This document shows positions 32,595-42,922 of a stretch of 52,928 bases of DNA, in pieces (the first letter of the stretch is position 1; each line of letters starts with the position of its first letter). The stretch covers positions 1 to 52,928 of the forward strand of contig CAZXXL010000001.1 of assembly GCA_964644635.1 (NCBI GenBank). The letters run 5' to 3'. Origin of the DNA: an uncultured Thermoanaerobaculia bacterium. GTDB lineage: Bacteria > Acidobacteriota > Thermoanaerobaculia > Thermoanaerobaculales > Sulfomarinibacteraceae. The position numbers and the translations under genes were made by a program. The notes under the pieces are model-generated. The model worked only from the letters and a program-made list of their open reading frames with translations. It was not told the DNA's origin and made no database searches.

Positions 32595-33991
<1,397 letters not shown>

Positions 33992-33995
<4 letters not shown>

Positions 33996-36727
33996 GACGG
34001 TGCCGTTCGTGGCAAGCGGATCACCGCCCGAGTCCCCCCGTGCGGCGCTGGCTCGAGACGTACTTCACCTCCCTGGCGGGCGATCATATCACGCGTGATG
34101 GCAAGGCCCAGGCCGGTTCCGCCCCCCTCGGAGCGGGTGGTGAAGAAGGGTTCGAAGACCCGGTCCCGGAGCTCCTGCGGAATCCCCGGGCCGCGGTCGA
34201 TCACCTCGACCGTCGCCCACCCGTCGCCGCCCGAAACCGTCACCGTGACCGCCTCCCCGCGCGGCGAGGCGTCGAGGGCGTTGCGGACCACGTTGCTCAC
34301 CGCCAGCTCCACGGCGCCGGGCGAAAGCTCGATCATCACCGGCTCGGGCGGGGTCACCATCCGCAGCTGCTCCTCGCGGCCCAGGGGCCGGGCGGCGTCC
34401 CTCGCCGCCCGCGCGACCGCCTCGCCGAGGTCGAAGAGCCGGGCCTCGCCGCCGGTCTCCCGCATCGCCTCGTGGAGGTTGGCGACGATACGCGAAACCC
34501 GGAAGCTCTGGTCGACGAGCTTGCCAACCAGCTCCGCGCGCGGGTCGTCCTCCCCGGTCATTTCCCCGAGCATCTGGGCGAAGGACGCGATGCCGGTGAG
34601 CGGGGTGTTGATCTCGTGGGCCAACCCCGAGGCCAGGCGGCCCAGGGAGGCCAGCCGCTCCTGCTCCTGTACCCGGTCCTCGAGCTCCCTGAGCTCGGTG
34701 ACGTCCTGGAGAACCACGACCCGGCCGTTGAAACGGCCGCTCTCGAGCTCCAGCACGGAGACCGCCATGACCACCCGCCGCGGCGGAGACGTCAGCGTGG
34801 TCCCCTCGGCGTTGATGGCGTGGACGGGAAGTTGGGGCATCCAGTGGGCGGGAAGCTCGACGTAGTGGCGCAGCTCCCGGCCCACCAGCGCCGCCGCAGC
34901 AGCACTGAAGATACCCGCCGCCCGGGCGTTGGCCGAGAGGATCCGCCCGGTGGCGTCGCAGACCAGGATCCCGGCCGCCGACGACTCGATGATGCGCTGG
35001 GTATTGGCGTGGAGGATCCGGTACTCCTCCGCCTGCCGCCGGAGGTCTTCCAAGAGCTCCGCGCTCTCCAGGGCGAGCGCGGCCTGCGCCGCCAGGGCCG
35101 CCACCACCTCGCGCCCCTCCCGGCCGAGCGGAAAAATACCCCGGCGCAGCCCCAGGTAGAGGAGACCGTGGACCACGCCTCCCCGGTCCAGGGGGATCCG
35201 CAGGGCGAATCCCGCATCGCGCAGGGCCGTTTCCCCGCCGCTCGGAAACGCCTCCGCCGGCACCGACGCCGAAAGCCGGGGCGGGAGGCCGCCCCCGGCC
35301 GGCGTGACGAGCACGAAATCACCCCCCGAGGCGCGCTTGTACGTGGCCACCAGCTCGAGTTCGAGGTCCTCCTCCAGGGCCCCGGCGAGCCGTTCCAGCA
35401 GCAGCCGCGGCTCGGTGGTCCGCGCCAGCTCGCGGGCGGCGCGGGCGATCAGCCGCCGCGGCGCCGGCCGCCCGTGGTACAGCCAGCGATCGATGAAGGT
35501 CCCCACCCGGCGCCGGATCGGCTGCAGGATGACCACCAGCAGAACCCCGGTGGCGAACGCCAGCAGGCTGCGGAGCGGTCCGGCCTCCCCGACGGGGACG
35601 AAGAGCACCTGGTTCAGGGTGGCGAAGGTCAGACCGCCGATGACCACGACCAGGGTTCCGGAGAGGCTGTCCCGGGTGATCGGCTCCAGATCCCATAGCC
35701 GGTACTCCTTGAGCGCCGCCAGGAAGCCCACCGGGACCGCCACCACCGGGAGGACCGCCAGCCAGGCGAAGGGGGGGAAGCTGATGCCGAGCACCCGCGG
35801 CAGCAGGACCAGGGCCCCGTACGGGAAGAGCCCCACGAACATGCCCAGGGCGGCCCACTCGATTTGGCGACGCACCCGGGCGACGCGTACCGCCGCCCGC
35901 CAGCGGCGCACCTGGATCACGGCGCTGGTCACCAGCGCGGCCACGAAGGCCGTCCTCAGGGCCACCGCCACCGACGGCCACACCGAGGCCCCGCCGGGGA
36001 TCACGGTGGTCGCCGCGGCGCCGGTCATCGCCACCCCGGTGGCCACGTCCCAGGCCGGCGGAATCCGCCCCCGTTCGGGAAAGATGGCGAAGAACCTGAC
36101 CAGGAGAAACGAGATCGCGGCCCCCGAGGCCCGGTGCAGGAGCGAGAACAACAGCCCGGAGGCCGCCGTCCTGTGGGGCACCGTGGCCAGCACCAGCGCC
36201 GACAGGCCGAGCAGGAGCATGGTCGTGGCCTCCACGCGGTCCGTGCCCAGGACGGCCAAGAGCGCACACACGATGCCGGCGATCGCCACCAGGGAACGGG
36301 CGAGATAGACGGGATCGACCTGGGGCGGGGGCGAGTGAAACACCACCTCGAGCGTCCCGCCTCCCGGCCGCGACACCGCCAGCCGGTGCAACCCGTCCCA
36401 GGCCAGGATCCGGGCCGGCTCCCGGTACTCCGGCACCGCCTCACCGTCCACGGCCGTCACCACGTCCCCCGGCCGCAGGCCCGCCTGGTCGGCCGAGGAG
36501 CCCGGCGGGACGGCATCCACCCGCAGGCCTCCGGCGACCCAAGTTACCGAGAAGTCCAGCACGTGGAAGGAGCGGACCGTGCGGACGATGGAGACCGCCG
36601 TGACCGTGAGCGCGAAGGCCGTGACCATGACCAGGGCCACCCGGCGGATCACGATCCGCAGCGATCCGGCCCCGGAGCCCGGCGCCGGCGCCCCGCCCTG
36701 CGAAGGCGTCGGATCAGCCGTGCTCAC
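33992..36727 (-). CDS. sensor histidine kinase with N-terminal PDZ domain and multi-TM region
   Basis: TM1, then PDZ (ADQAGLRPGDVVTAVDGEAVPE), then about 8 hydrophobic segments, then GAF/PAS-like regions. H-box LAHEINTPLTGI and ATPase box GGTGLGLAI. I prefer the GTG at 36727 (GAGGAGG 9 nt upstream); the track start 36784 would overlap deoC by 71 nt. Confidence 0.8.
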
Positions 36728-37394
36728 CGGCGGCTGCCTCCTCGACGATCCGAACTCCCGAGGAGGTCCCCAGCCGGGATGCACCGGCCGCCAGCATGGC
36801 CCGCGCCTGGCCCAGCGTGCGAATTCCCCCGGCGGCCTTCACCCCGACCGCAGTGCCCACCACCCGCCGCAGCAGGGCGACGTCCTCCACCGTCGCGCCG
36901 CCGGCGAGAAAGCCCGTGGAGGTCTTGACGAAGTCGGCGCCGGCGCGCACGGCGTTGCGGGCGGCCTGCTCCTTCTCCGTGTCGGTCAGAAGGCCGCACT
37001 CGAGGATCACCTTGAGGACGCCGTCGGCCTCGTGCACCCGCTGGGCCACGGCGGCGACATCCTCCATGACCCGTCCCCACCGCCCCGCCTTGGCATCGCC
37101 GATGGACATCACCATGTCGATCTCGGCCGCCCCCTCGCGCAGGGCCTCGCCGGCCTCGAAGACCTTGACCGCGGTCGGGTTCGCCCCCAGCGGGAAGCCG
37201 CACACCGACGCCACCCGGACGCCGGAGCCCGCCAGCAGGTCCGCGGCCAGGGGCACCCACACCGGGTTGACGCAGACGGCGGCGAAGGCCCAGCGCCGCG
37301 CCTCCTCGCACAACCGGCGAATCTGCTCGGGTCCCGCCTCGGGCTTGAGCAGCGTGTGGTCGATGAAGCTGGCGATGTAGGCTGCGGAGCTCAT
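36714..37394 (-). CDS. deoC: deoxyribose-phosphate aldolase
   Basis: 226 aa. FIDHTLLKPEA, VCVNP, and the Schiff-base lysine context DFVKTSTGF. Confidence 0.9.
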   Translation of the reverse strand: MSSAAYIASFIDHTLLKPEAGPEQIRRLCEEARRWAFAAVCVNPVWVPLAADLLAGSGVRVASVCGFPLGANPTAVKVFEAGEALREGAAEIDMVMSIGDAKAGRWGRVMEDVAAVAQRVHEADGVLKVILECGLLTDTEKEQAARNAVRAGADFVKTSTGFLAGGATVEDVALLRRVVGTAVGVKAAGGIRTLGQARAMLAAGASRLGTSSGVRIVEEAAAGEHG

Positions 37395-37510
37395 CCCTTC
37401 TCCTCCCCGGTACCCCAGGATTATCCCACCCCGGCGCCGGGGCCGCCAACCGCCGGCCGGCTCGGGTACAATACAGCCCCGGCCGGTGGGCCGGAAGTCA
37501 ACGTCGCGAG

Positions 37511-38086
37511 GTGCCCACGATGCAGATCATCGCCACACAGCTTCGCCCCGGACAGATCATCGTCAAGGACGGCGAGCTCTTCCGCGTGCTCGGCACGACC
37601 CACGTCACGCCGGGAAAGGGGAACGCCCTGGTGCAGAGCAAGCTCCGGAGCCTGCGCAGCGGCCTGCAGACCGAGCACCGTTTCCGGCCGTCCGACAAGA
37701 TCGAGGTCGCCCGCATCGACACCCACGAGATGCAGTACATCTACTCGGACGGCTCCGGTCACTACTTCATGAACATGGAGACCTTCGAACAGATTGCGCT
37801 CGGCGAGGCGGCTCTGGCGGACGCCATGGACTACCTGTTGCCCGAGACCATCGTCGAGGTGGATTTCTACAACGGCGAACCCATCGCCGTCGAGCTGCCC
37901 AACACCGTGACGCTGACTGTGGTGGAGACCGAGCCGCGCCTCAAGGGCGCCACCGCGGCCGGCAACTCCAAGCCGGCCAAGCTCGAAACCGGCATCACCG
38001 TCACCGTGCCCGCCTACATCGAGACCGGGACCAGAATCGTCGTCGACACCCGTACCGGCGAGTACGTCTCCCGCGCCGAGGGGTGA
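37511..38086 (+). CDS. efp: translation elongation factor P
   Basis: 191 aa. LRPGQIIVKDGELFRV...VTPGKGNALVQSKLR (modified-Lys loop PGKG). Three OB-like domains by length. Confidence 0.95.
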   Translation: MPTMQIIATQLRPGQIIVKDGELFRVLGTTHVTPGKGNALVQSKLRSLRSGLQTEHRFRPSDKIEVARIDTHEMQYIYSDGSGHYFMNMETFEQIALGEAALADAMDYLLPETIVEVDFYNGEPIAVELPNTVTLTVVETEPRLKGATAAGNSKPAKLETGITVTVPAYIETGTRIVVDTRTGEYVSRAEG

Positions 38087-38105
38087 TCGCGCCGGACGCC
38101 GGAGC

Positions 38106-38134
38106 TTGACCGGGGGCGCCGGCCCGCCTATGCT
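38106..38134 (+). promoter_or_regulatory. candidate sigma-70 promoter for the riboswitch-btuB transcript
   Basis: TTGACC (38106-38111), a 17-nt spacer, then TATGCT (38129-38134), immediately upstream of the riboswitch. Confidence 0.45.
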
Positions 38135-38135
38135 C

Positions 38136-38330
38136 GGTGCACTGGGACGGTGAAGGGAAGCCGGTGAGAATCCGGCACGGCCCCCGCCACTGTGACCGGG
38201 GACGGACCGTTCACGGGGAAACCCAGCCACTGGTCGGCGCGATCCGCGAGGGTTGACCGGCCGGGAAGGCGAACGGCTCCGGCTGATCCGGGAGTCAGGA
38301 GACCTGCCGTTCCGAAAGAAACGGGAGGTT
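38136..38330 (+). promoter_or_regulatory. cobalamin (B12) riboswitch
   Basis: Conserved core GGGAAGCCGGTGAGAATCCGGCACGGCCCCCGCCACTGTGA and B12-box AGTCAGGAGACCTGCC (38293-38308). The downstream GAAAC/GTTTC helix can sequester the GGGAGG SD of btuB. Confidence 0.85.
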
Positions 38331-38334
38331 TCGC

Positions 38335-40185
38335 ATGCCACGTCACACCCTCGTCATCGGTCTCATCCTTGCCATCGCTCTTCCGGCGGCCCCCGCTCTC
38401 GCCGGCGGGAAACCCACGAAGAAGAAAAAGAAGAAGGTCTTCGCGGGCGAGGTCACGGTGACCGCCACCGGAGAGGCGACCCCGGCCGCCGACGTGCCGG
38501 CGGCGGTGACCGTGATCGATCGCCGGCAGATGGACGACGCCCAGACGGGCTCGGTCGCCGATCTCCTGCGCCGGGCGCCCGGCCTCACCGTCATGCGCTC
38601 CGGCGACTACGGCGGCGTGACCTCGGTCTTCTCCCGGGGCACCAACTCCAACCAGACCCTGGTGCTCTTCGACGGCGTCCGCCTCAACTCCCCATACTTC
38701 GGCGGCTACGACTTCAGCCAGCTGCCCACCGCCGGCCTGTCCCGGATCGAGGTCGTCCGCGGCCCCTACTCGGCGCTGTGGGGCGCCGACGCCGTGGGCG
38801 GCGTCATCAACCTCATCCCCGGACGGGGCCGGCCCGGCCTGCACGGCTCGGTCCTCGCCGAGGGGGGCGAGGACAGCTGGGCGCGCTTCGAGGGCCGGCT
38901 GGCCTACGCCGCCGGCGGCTTCGATCTCTTCGTCTCCGGGTTCTCCCGCGGCGGCCGCGGAGCGCTGCCGAACAGCGGCTTCGACCTCGCCCAGGGACTC
39001 GCCGACCTCGGCTGGAGCTGGGCCCCCGGCAGCCGCCTGGCCCTCGTCATCCAGGACCTCGCCGCCGACACCGAGATCCCGTTCTCCGGCGCGACCCCGA
39101 CCCCGCGCCGACGCCAGTCCTCGGACCAGCTCCTGGCCGCCGTCCCGCTGACCTGGCGCGTCTCGCCGAGCTGGATCGTGCGCGCCACCGTCGCCCACGT
39201 GAGCCGCGACTTCTCCTTCCGCGACCCCGACGACCCGTTCGGCTTCACCCGCTCCGACACCAGCCCGGACTCCGACGAGGCCCGCCTGGCCAGCGCCCAC
39301 CGCCTGGGCGGCCACACGCTGACCTGGGGCGGCGCCTGGCGCCGGGACACGGTGGACGACGCCTCGAGCTTCGGGGTCAACCTCGACGGCCGCGCCGTCA
39401 CCGTGACCAGCGCGTTCGTTCAGGACATGTGGGCCGCGAGCGACTCCGTGCAGGTGCTGGCCGGAGCCCGTTGGGACGACGCCGACCGCTGGGGCTCGGA
39501 GCTCTCCCCGCGCATCGGCGTCGGCTGGTGGGCGGCCCCGGGCTGGAAGCTGCGGGCCTCCTACGGCGAGGCCTTCCGGCAGCCCTCGGTGGGCGAGCTC
39601 TACTTCCCGTTTTCGGGCAACCCCGGCCTCGACGCCGAGACCTCGCGCTCCTGGGAGCTCGGCGTCACCCGCTGGTTCGGATCACGCCTGCGCATCGACC
39701 TCGACGGCTTCTGGACCAGCCTCGACAACCTCATCGAATACGACTTCGCGACCAACACCTTCGCCAACGTCGCCACGGCGAAGATCAAGGGCGCCGAGGC
39801 GGGCGTGCTCTGGTCGGTCGCGAAGGGGCTCGACGTGCGGGCCCAGGCGACCTGGCTCGACACCCGCGGCGACGACGGCCGTTCCCTCCTCCGCCGGCCC
39901 CGCTGGAGCGGCGCCCTGACCCTGGCCGGCAGGCTGGGTCGCCGCCTGCGCCTGGACCTCACGGTCGCCGTCATCGGCCGCCGCGCCGACGTCGACCCCG
40001 TCACCTTCACCCGCTCCGCGGCGGCGGGTGCCGCCACGGCCGACCTCGCCCTCGCCTGGCGGGTGACGCCCCACGCCGACCTCACCCTGCGCGCGATCAA
40101 CCTCCTCGACCGCCGCTACCAGGAGGTCCTCGGCTACCCGGCCCCGCGGCAGCGGATCATCGGCGGCCTGCGGGCTCGGTTCTAA
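38335..40185 (+). CDS. btuB: TonB-dependent receptor, BtuB-like vitamin B12 transporter
   Basis: Signal peptide, TonB-box-like VTVTATG, plug motifs (RAPGLTVMRSG, FSRGTNSNQTLVLFDGVRLN, IEVVRGPYSALWGADAVGGVINL), and a C-terminal ...LRARF. Preceded by the B12 riboswitch. Confidence 0.88.
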   Translation: MPRHTLVIGLILAIALPAAPALAGGKPTKKKKKKVFAGEVTVTATGEATPAADVPAAVTVIDRRQMDDAQTGSVADLLRRAPGLTVMRSGDYGGVTSVFSRGTNSNQTLVLFDGVRLNSPYFGGYDFSQLPTAGLSRIEVVRGPYSALWGADAVGGVINLIPGRGRPGLHGSVLAEGGEDSWARFEGRLAYAAGGFDLFVSGFSRGGRGALPNSGFDLAQGLADLGWSWAPGSRLALVIQDLAADTEIPFSGATPTPRRRQSSDQLLAAVPLTWRVSPSWIVRATVAHVSRDFSFRDPDDPFGFTRSDTSPDSDEARLASAHRLGGHTLTWGGAWRRDTVDDASSFGVNLDGRAVTVTSAFVQDMWAASDSVQVLAGARWDDADRWGSELSPRIGVGWWAAPGWKLRASYGEAFRQPSVGELYFPFSGNPGLDAETSRSWELGVTRWFGSRLRIDLDGFWTSLDNLIEYDFATNTFANVATAKIKGAEAGVLWSVAKGLDVRAQATWLDTRGDDGRSLLRRPRWSGALTLAGRLGRRLRLDLTVAVIGRRADVDPVTFTRSAAAGAATADLALAWRVTPHADLTLRAINLLDRRYQEVLGYPAPRQRIIGGLRARF

Positions 40186-40190
40186 CCCGG

Positions 40191-41309
40191 CTAGGCCGCC
40201 TCGCGGCCCTCGGCCCGGCTGGCGAGCACCCGGGCGACCATGTACGCCACCGCGGCCAGGCCGGCCACGAGCAGGACAAAGAAGAGCACCAGCGGCCCCA
40301 GCTGGGTCTGGGCCGCGATGTGGAAGCGGGCGCGGGACGCCGCCAGGTAGAGGGCGCGGACCTGGTGCCGGGTGACCGCCATCACCGCGATGGTCCCGGT
40401 GAGCACGGCCAGCGCCAGGGTGACCTTGGCGGGGTCGGCAACCGGATCGGTTACCCGGGACAGGAGCATGAGCAGGCCGAGGCCCAGCAGGACGGCGAGG
40501 GTGAGGGGGCCGAGGGTGGTGACGCCGCCGGTCATGATCCCCTTGAGGACGTGGGACGGCAGCACCATGAGCAGGACGAAGCCGTCCGCCACCTGGAGCA
40601 CGGTCGCCCACAGGGCCCACTTCCAGGTGAAGCCGGCGATGGCGCGGTTGTGATCGACGTCCTCGCCGCGCCGGGCCTGGCGCACCGACCACCAGCAGAG
40701 CACCACGGCGGAGAAGGCGATGGAGGCGAAGACGAAGTGGAGCAGGCGCGGGAAGTACGCCGGATCACCGAGGATGATCCACGGGTTGTCGGCGACCCGC
40801 GTCCAGATCGCCGGCTGGGCGTGGATCAGGTTGACGGCGACGTGGATCATGGCGATCAGCAGAAAACTCAGCGCCGAGAACAGCAGCCAGGCCGTGCCGC
40901 CGGAGCCCTTCTTGGGAACGCCGTGGAACTTGTAGACGTAGGCGGCGTAGTAGCCGGCCATGAGCAGCCCGAGGAACGCGAACCAGATCCACCCGAGAAG
41001 AATGGTGGCGGTGTAGAAGTACTGCTGGTAGAGGACCTGGACGAAGAGCAGCGGGGCGACGCCGGTGGTGATGGTGAGCGAGATGCCGAAGGTGTTCACG
41101 CCCATCAGCCGGCAGGCGAGCACGGTGCGCGGGTCGCCGGTGCGGCCGCCGGAGAGCAGCTGGGAGACCGCCGCCAGCAGGGTCCCGCCCAGGGTCAGGT
41201 TCATGAACACCAGGTGCAGGAAGAAGGTGAAGACGAGCAGCACGTGGAAGAGCCAGAACGGGCCCGGCACCGGCATGGCGTCGGGGGCGGGGATCGGGCC
41301 GGGGTTCAT
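40191..41309 (-). CDS. polytopic membrane protein, CydA-paralogue-like partner subunit of the bd-like protein
   Basis: 372 aa with about 9-10 hydrophobic segments. The N-terminus FWLFHVLLVFTFFLHLVFMNLTLGG resembles the first helix of CydA-family proteins. ATGA overlap with the upstream gene. Confidence 0.55.
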   Translation of the reverse strand: MNPGPIPAPDAMPVPGPFWLFHVLLVFTFFLHLVFMNLTLGGTLLAAVSQLLSGGRTGDPRTVLACRLMGVNTFGISLTITTGVAPLLFVQVLYQQYFYTATILLGWIWFAFLGLLMAGYYAAYVYKFHGVPKKGSGGTAWLLFSALSFLLIAMIHVAVNLIHAQPAIWTRVADNPWIILGDPAYFPRLLHFVFASIAFSAVVLCWWSVRQARRGEDVDHNRAIAGFTWKWALWATVLQVADGFVLLMVLPSHVLKGIMTGGVTTLGPLTLAVLLGLGLLMLLSRVTDPVADPAKVTLALAVLTGTIAVMAVTRHQVRALYLAASRARFHIAAQTQLGPLVLFFVLLVAGLAAVAYMVARVLASRAEGREAA

Positions 41310-42781
41310 CGGTCACCTCCTTCGCCGGGGGTGTCGACGAGGCTGCCCAGGTACTGCGCGAGGGCGTCGGCCTCCGCGTCGGTGCCCACCAGGGGCGGCA
41401 TGAAGCTGTACTTGAGCGCGCTCATGTCCACCCGCTGGCCGGGCTTCAGCGAGCCGTAGGCGTCCCCGTTCTCCTTCAGCTCGTCGAGGACCCCGGAGAT
41501 CATCCCCGCGAGCAGATCGCGGATCGTCTCCGGGTCCTCCGCGATCTCGTCCGCGGAGGGCAGCGCCTCCCTCGCCTCCCGGAAGCTCATGTCGGGGTGG
41601 CAGGAGGCGCACTCGGCCCGGTACACGCGTGCTCCCGACCCCGGGGGCTCGTCCCTGACCACCGCGAGGATTTCCGCGAAGGTGGGCAGCTTGCGGCGGA
41701 TGCCCAGGTAGCCGTTCAGGGTGTGGCAGCTCGCGCACTCGGCCACGAAGACCTGCCGCCCCATGCCGACCGGGTCCCGAGCCGGGACCCGGGCCGCGAA
41801 GCGGGCGACCGCCAGCACCCCCCGGCGGTCGATCTCGGGGATCCGGCTCACCAGGAGGCCGTTCGAGAACATGTAGTCGTGGATCAGGAAGGGCTTGCGG
41901 CAGCCCTCGCGGAGCCGCTCGTAGCCGGCAAAAGCGGTGAAGGCCGCCAGCATGAGGACGACGGCGGGGACGACTTTGGCCGCCCGCGGCACGGCGAGCA
42001 GGAAGATCACCGCCAGAAGCAGGGTCACGGCCAGCGCCCAGAGGACGACGTGCCGGGTGACGGCCAGCATGTGCAGCCCGGCGCCGGGCCCCAGGAAGAG
42101 GCCGCGCACCTCGGGCGGCAACGCCGCCTCCCACCACCGGTACCCGCCGTAGGCGAGCAGGACCCCGGCCGCCATCCACCAGCCGAGGAAGCGCACGAGC
42201 CGGGGACGCGCCCCCGCCTCCGCCCGCAGGGCCGGGAAGACCATGAAGGCCACGGCCATCATGAGGGCGATGCCCGTGCGCAGGACGATGGCGGGCCAGT
42301 AGGTGGGGTTGAAAAAGCCGCTCCAAAACTCGTGGTCGGCCAGCCAGCCGCCCGGGGTGAGCATGAAGGTGATGATCCCGTTGATGATCACCAGCGACAT
42401 GTACGACCCGAGGACGTAGAGCCAGGCGACCATCAGGTGCGCGCCCTTGGAGATCCTGTCCCAGGTCGTGTAGTACACCAGCGCGGCCACGATCTCGAGC
42501 ACGAAGAAGACCCACTCCATCGCCCACGCCCAGACGTAGGTGTGGATCAGGGACGAGATGGCCGCGGGCGCGATCAGGCCCGCGGTCACCCAGATCCCGA
42601 CCCCGGAAATCGCGCCAAAGACCGTCGAGACCAGGATCAGCACCAGCGACGACCTCTTGGCCAGATCCCGCATGGCGGCATCGTCGCGGCGGACCGCGAG
42701 GGTCTCGGCCACCGCGATGAGGATGCCGCCGCCCACCGCGAAGTGCGAGACGATGACGTGGGTGACCGCCACCAGCGCCAT
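41306..42781 (-). CDS. cytochrome-bd (CydA)-like membrane protein fused to a C-terminal di-heme c-type cytochrome domain
   Basis: N-terminal region of about 330 aa with about 8 TM segments. THVIVSHFAVGGGILIAVAETL and EGCRKPFLIHDYMF resemble the CydA helix-1 and GRQPW regions. The C-terminus carries two CASCH heme-c motifs. Confidence 0.65.
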   Translation of the reverse strand: MALVAVTHVIVSHFAVGGGILIAVAETLAVRRDDAAMRDLAKRSSLVLILVSTVFGAISGVGIWVTAGLIAPAAISSLIHTYVWAWAMEWVFFVLEIVAALVYYTTWDRISKGAHLMVAWLYVLGSYMSLVIINGIITFMLTPGGWLADHEFWSGFFNPTYWPAIVLRTGIALMMAVAFMVFPALRAEAGARPRLVRFLGWWMAAGVLLAYGGYRWWEAALPPEVRGLFLGPGAGLHMLAVTRHVVLWALAVTLLLAVIFLLAVPRAAKVVPAVVLMLAAFTAFAGYERLREGCRKPFLIHDYMFSNGLLVSRIPEIDRRGVLAVARFAARVPARDPVGMGRQVFVAECASCHTLNGYLGIRRKLPTFAEILAVVRDEPPGSGARVYRAECASCHPDMSFREAREALPSADEIAEDPETIRDLLAGMISGVLDELKENGDAYGSLKPGQRVDMSALKYSFMPPLVGTDAEADALAQYLGSLVDTPGEGGDR

Positions 42782-42872
42782 GAGCAGCGGCCCGCCGAGA
42801 GCGTTCCACCAGACGGGGTAGTCCGTTGTGCCTCCCGTTCGTCGAGCGGATTATACGGGGGCCGGCAGGTTG

Positions 42873-42900
42873 AAAAAAGGGGAGGCCTCGTGGCCTCCCC
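42873..42900 (-). terminator. canonical rho-independent terminator after the octaheme gene
   Basis: The minus strand reads GGGGAGGCC-acga-GGCCTCCCC followed by TTTTTT, 22 nt after the stop at 42923. It is the only textbook terminator I saw in the window. Confidence 0.8.
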
Positions 42901-42922
42901 CGGTTCGCCCGATATCCTCGGG

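Noticed and set aside
36714-36784. A possible 71-nt overlap of the PDZ-kinase ORF with the deoC 3' end
   Set aside because: The overlap depends on the track's longest-ORF GTG at 36784, which has no SD. The GTG at 36727 has a GAGGAGG SD and reduces the overlap to 14 nt.
40183-40193. Convergent btuB and bd-like partner genes whose stop codons are only 5 nt apart
   Set aside because: This is noted as unusual because it leaves no room for terminators outside coding DNA. I see no specific structure, and it may simply reflect compact gene packing.
38253-41459. A 1068-aa plus-strand ORF spanning the riboswitch, btuB and the antisense of the bd-like partner gene
   Set aside because: It is an off-frame artefact with an Arg/Pro/Gly-rich translation. 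It crosses a riboswitch and two well-supported genes.
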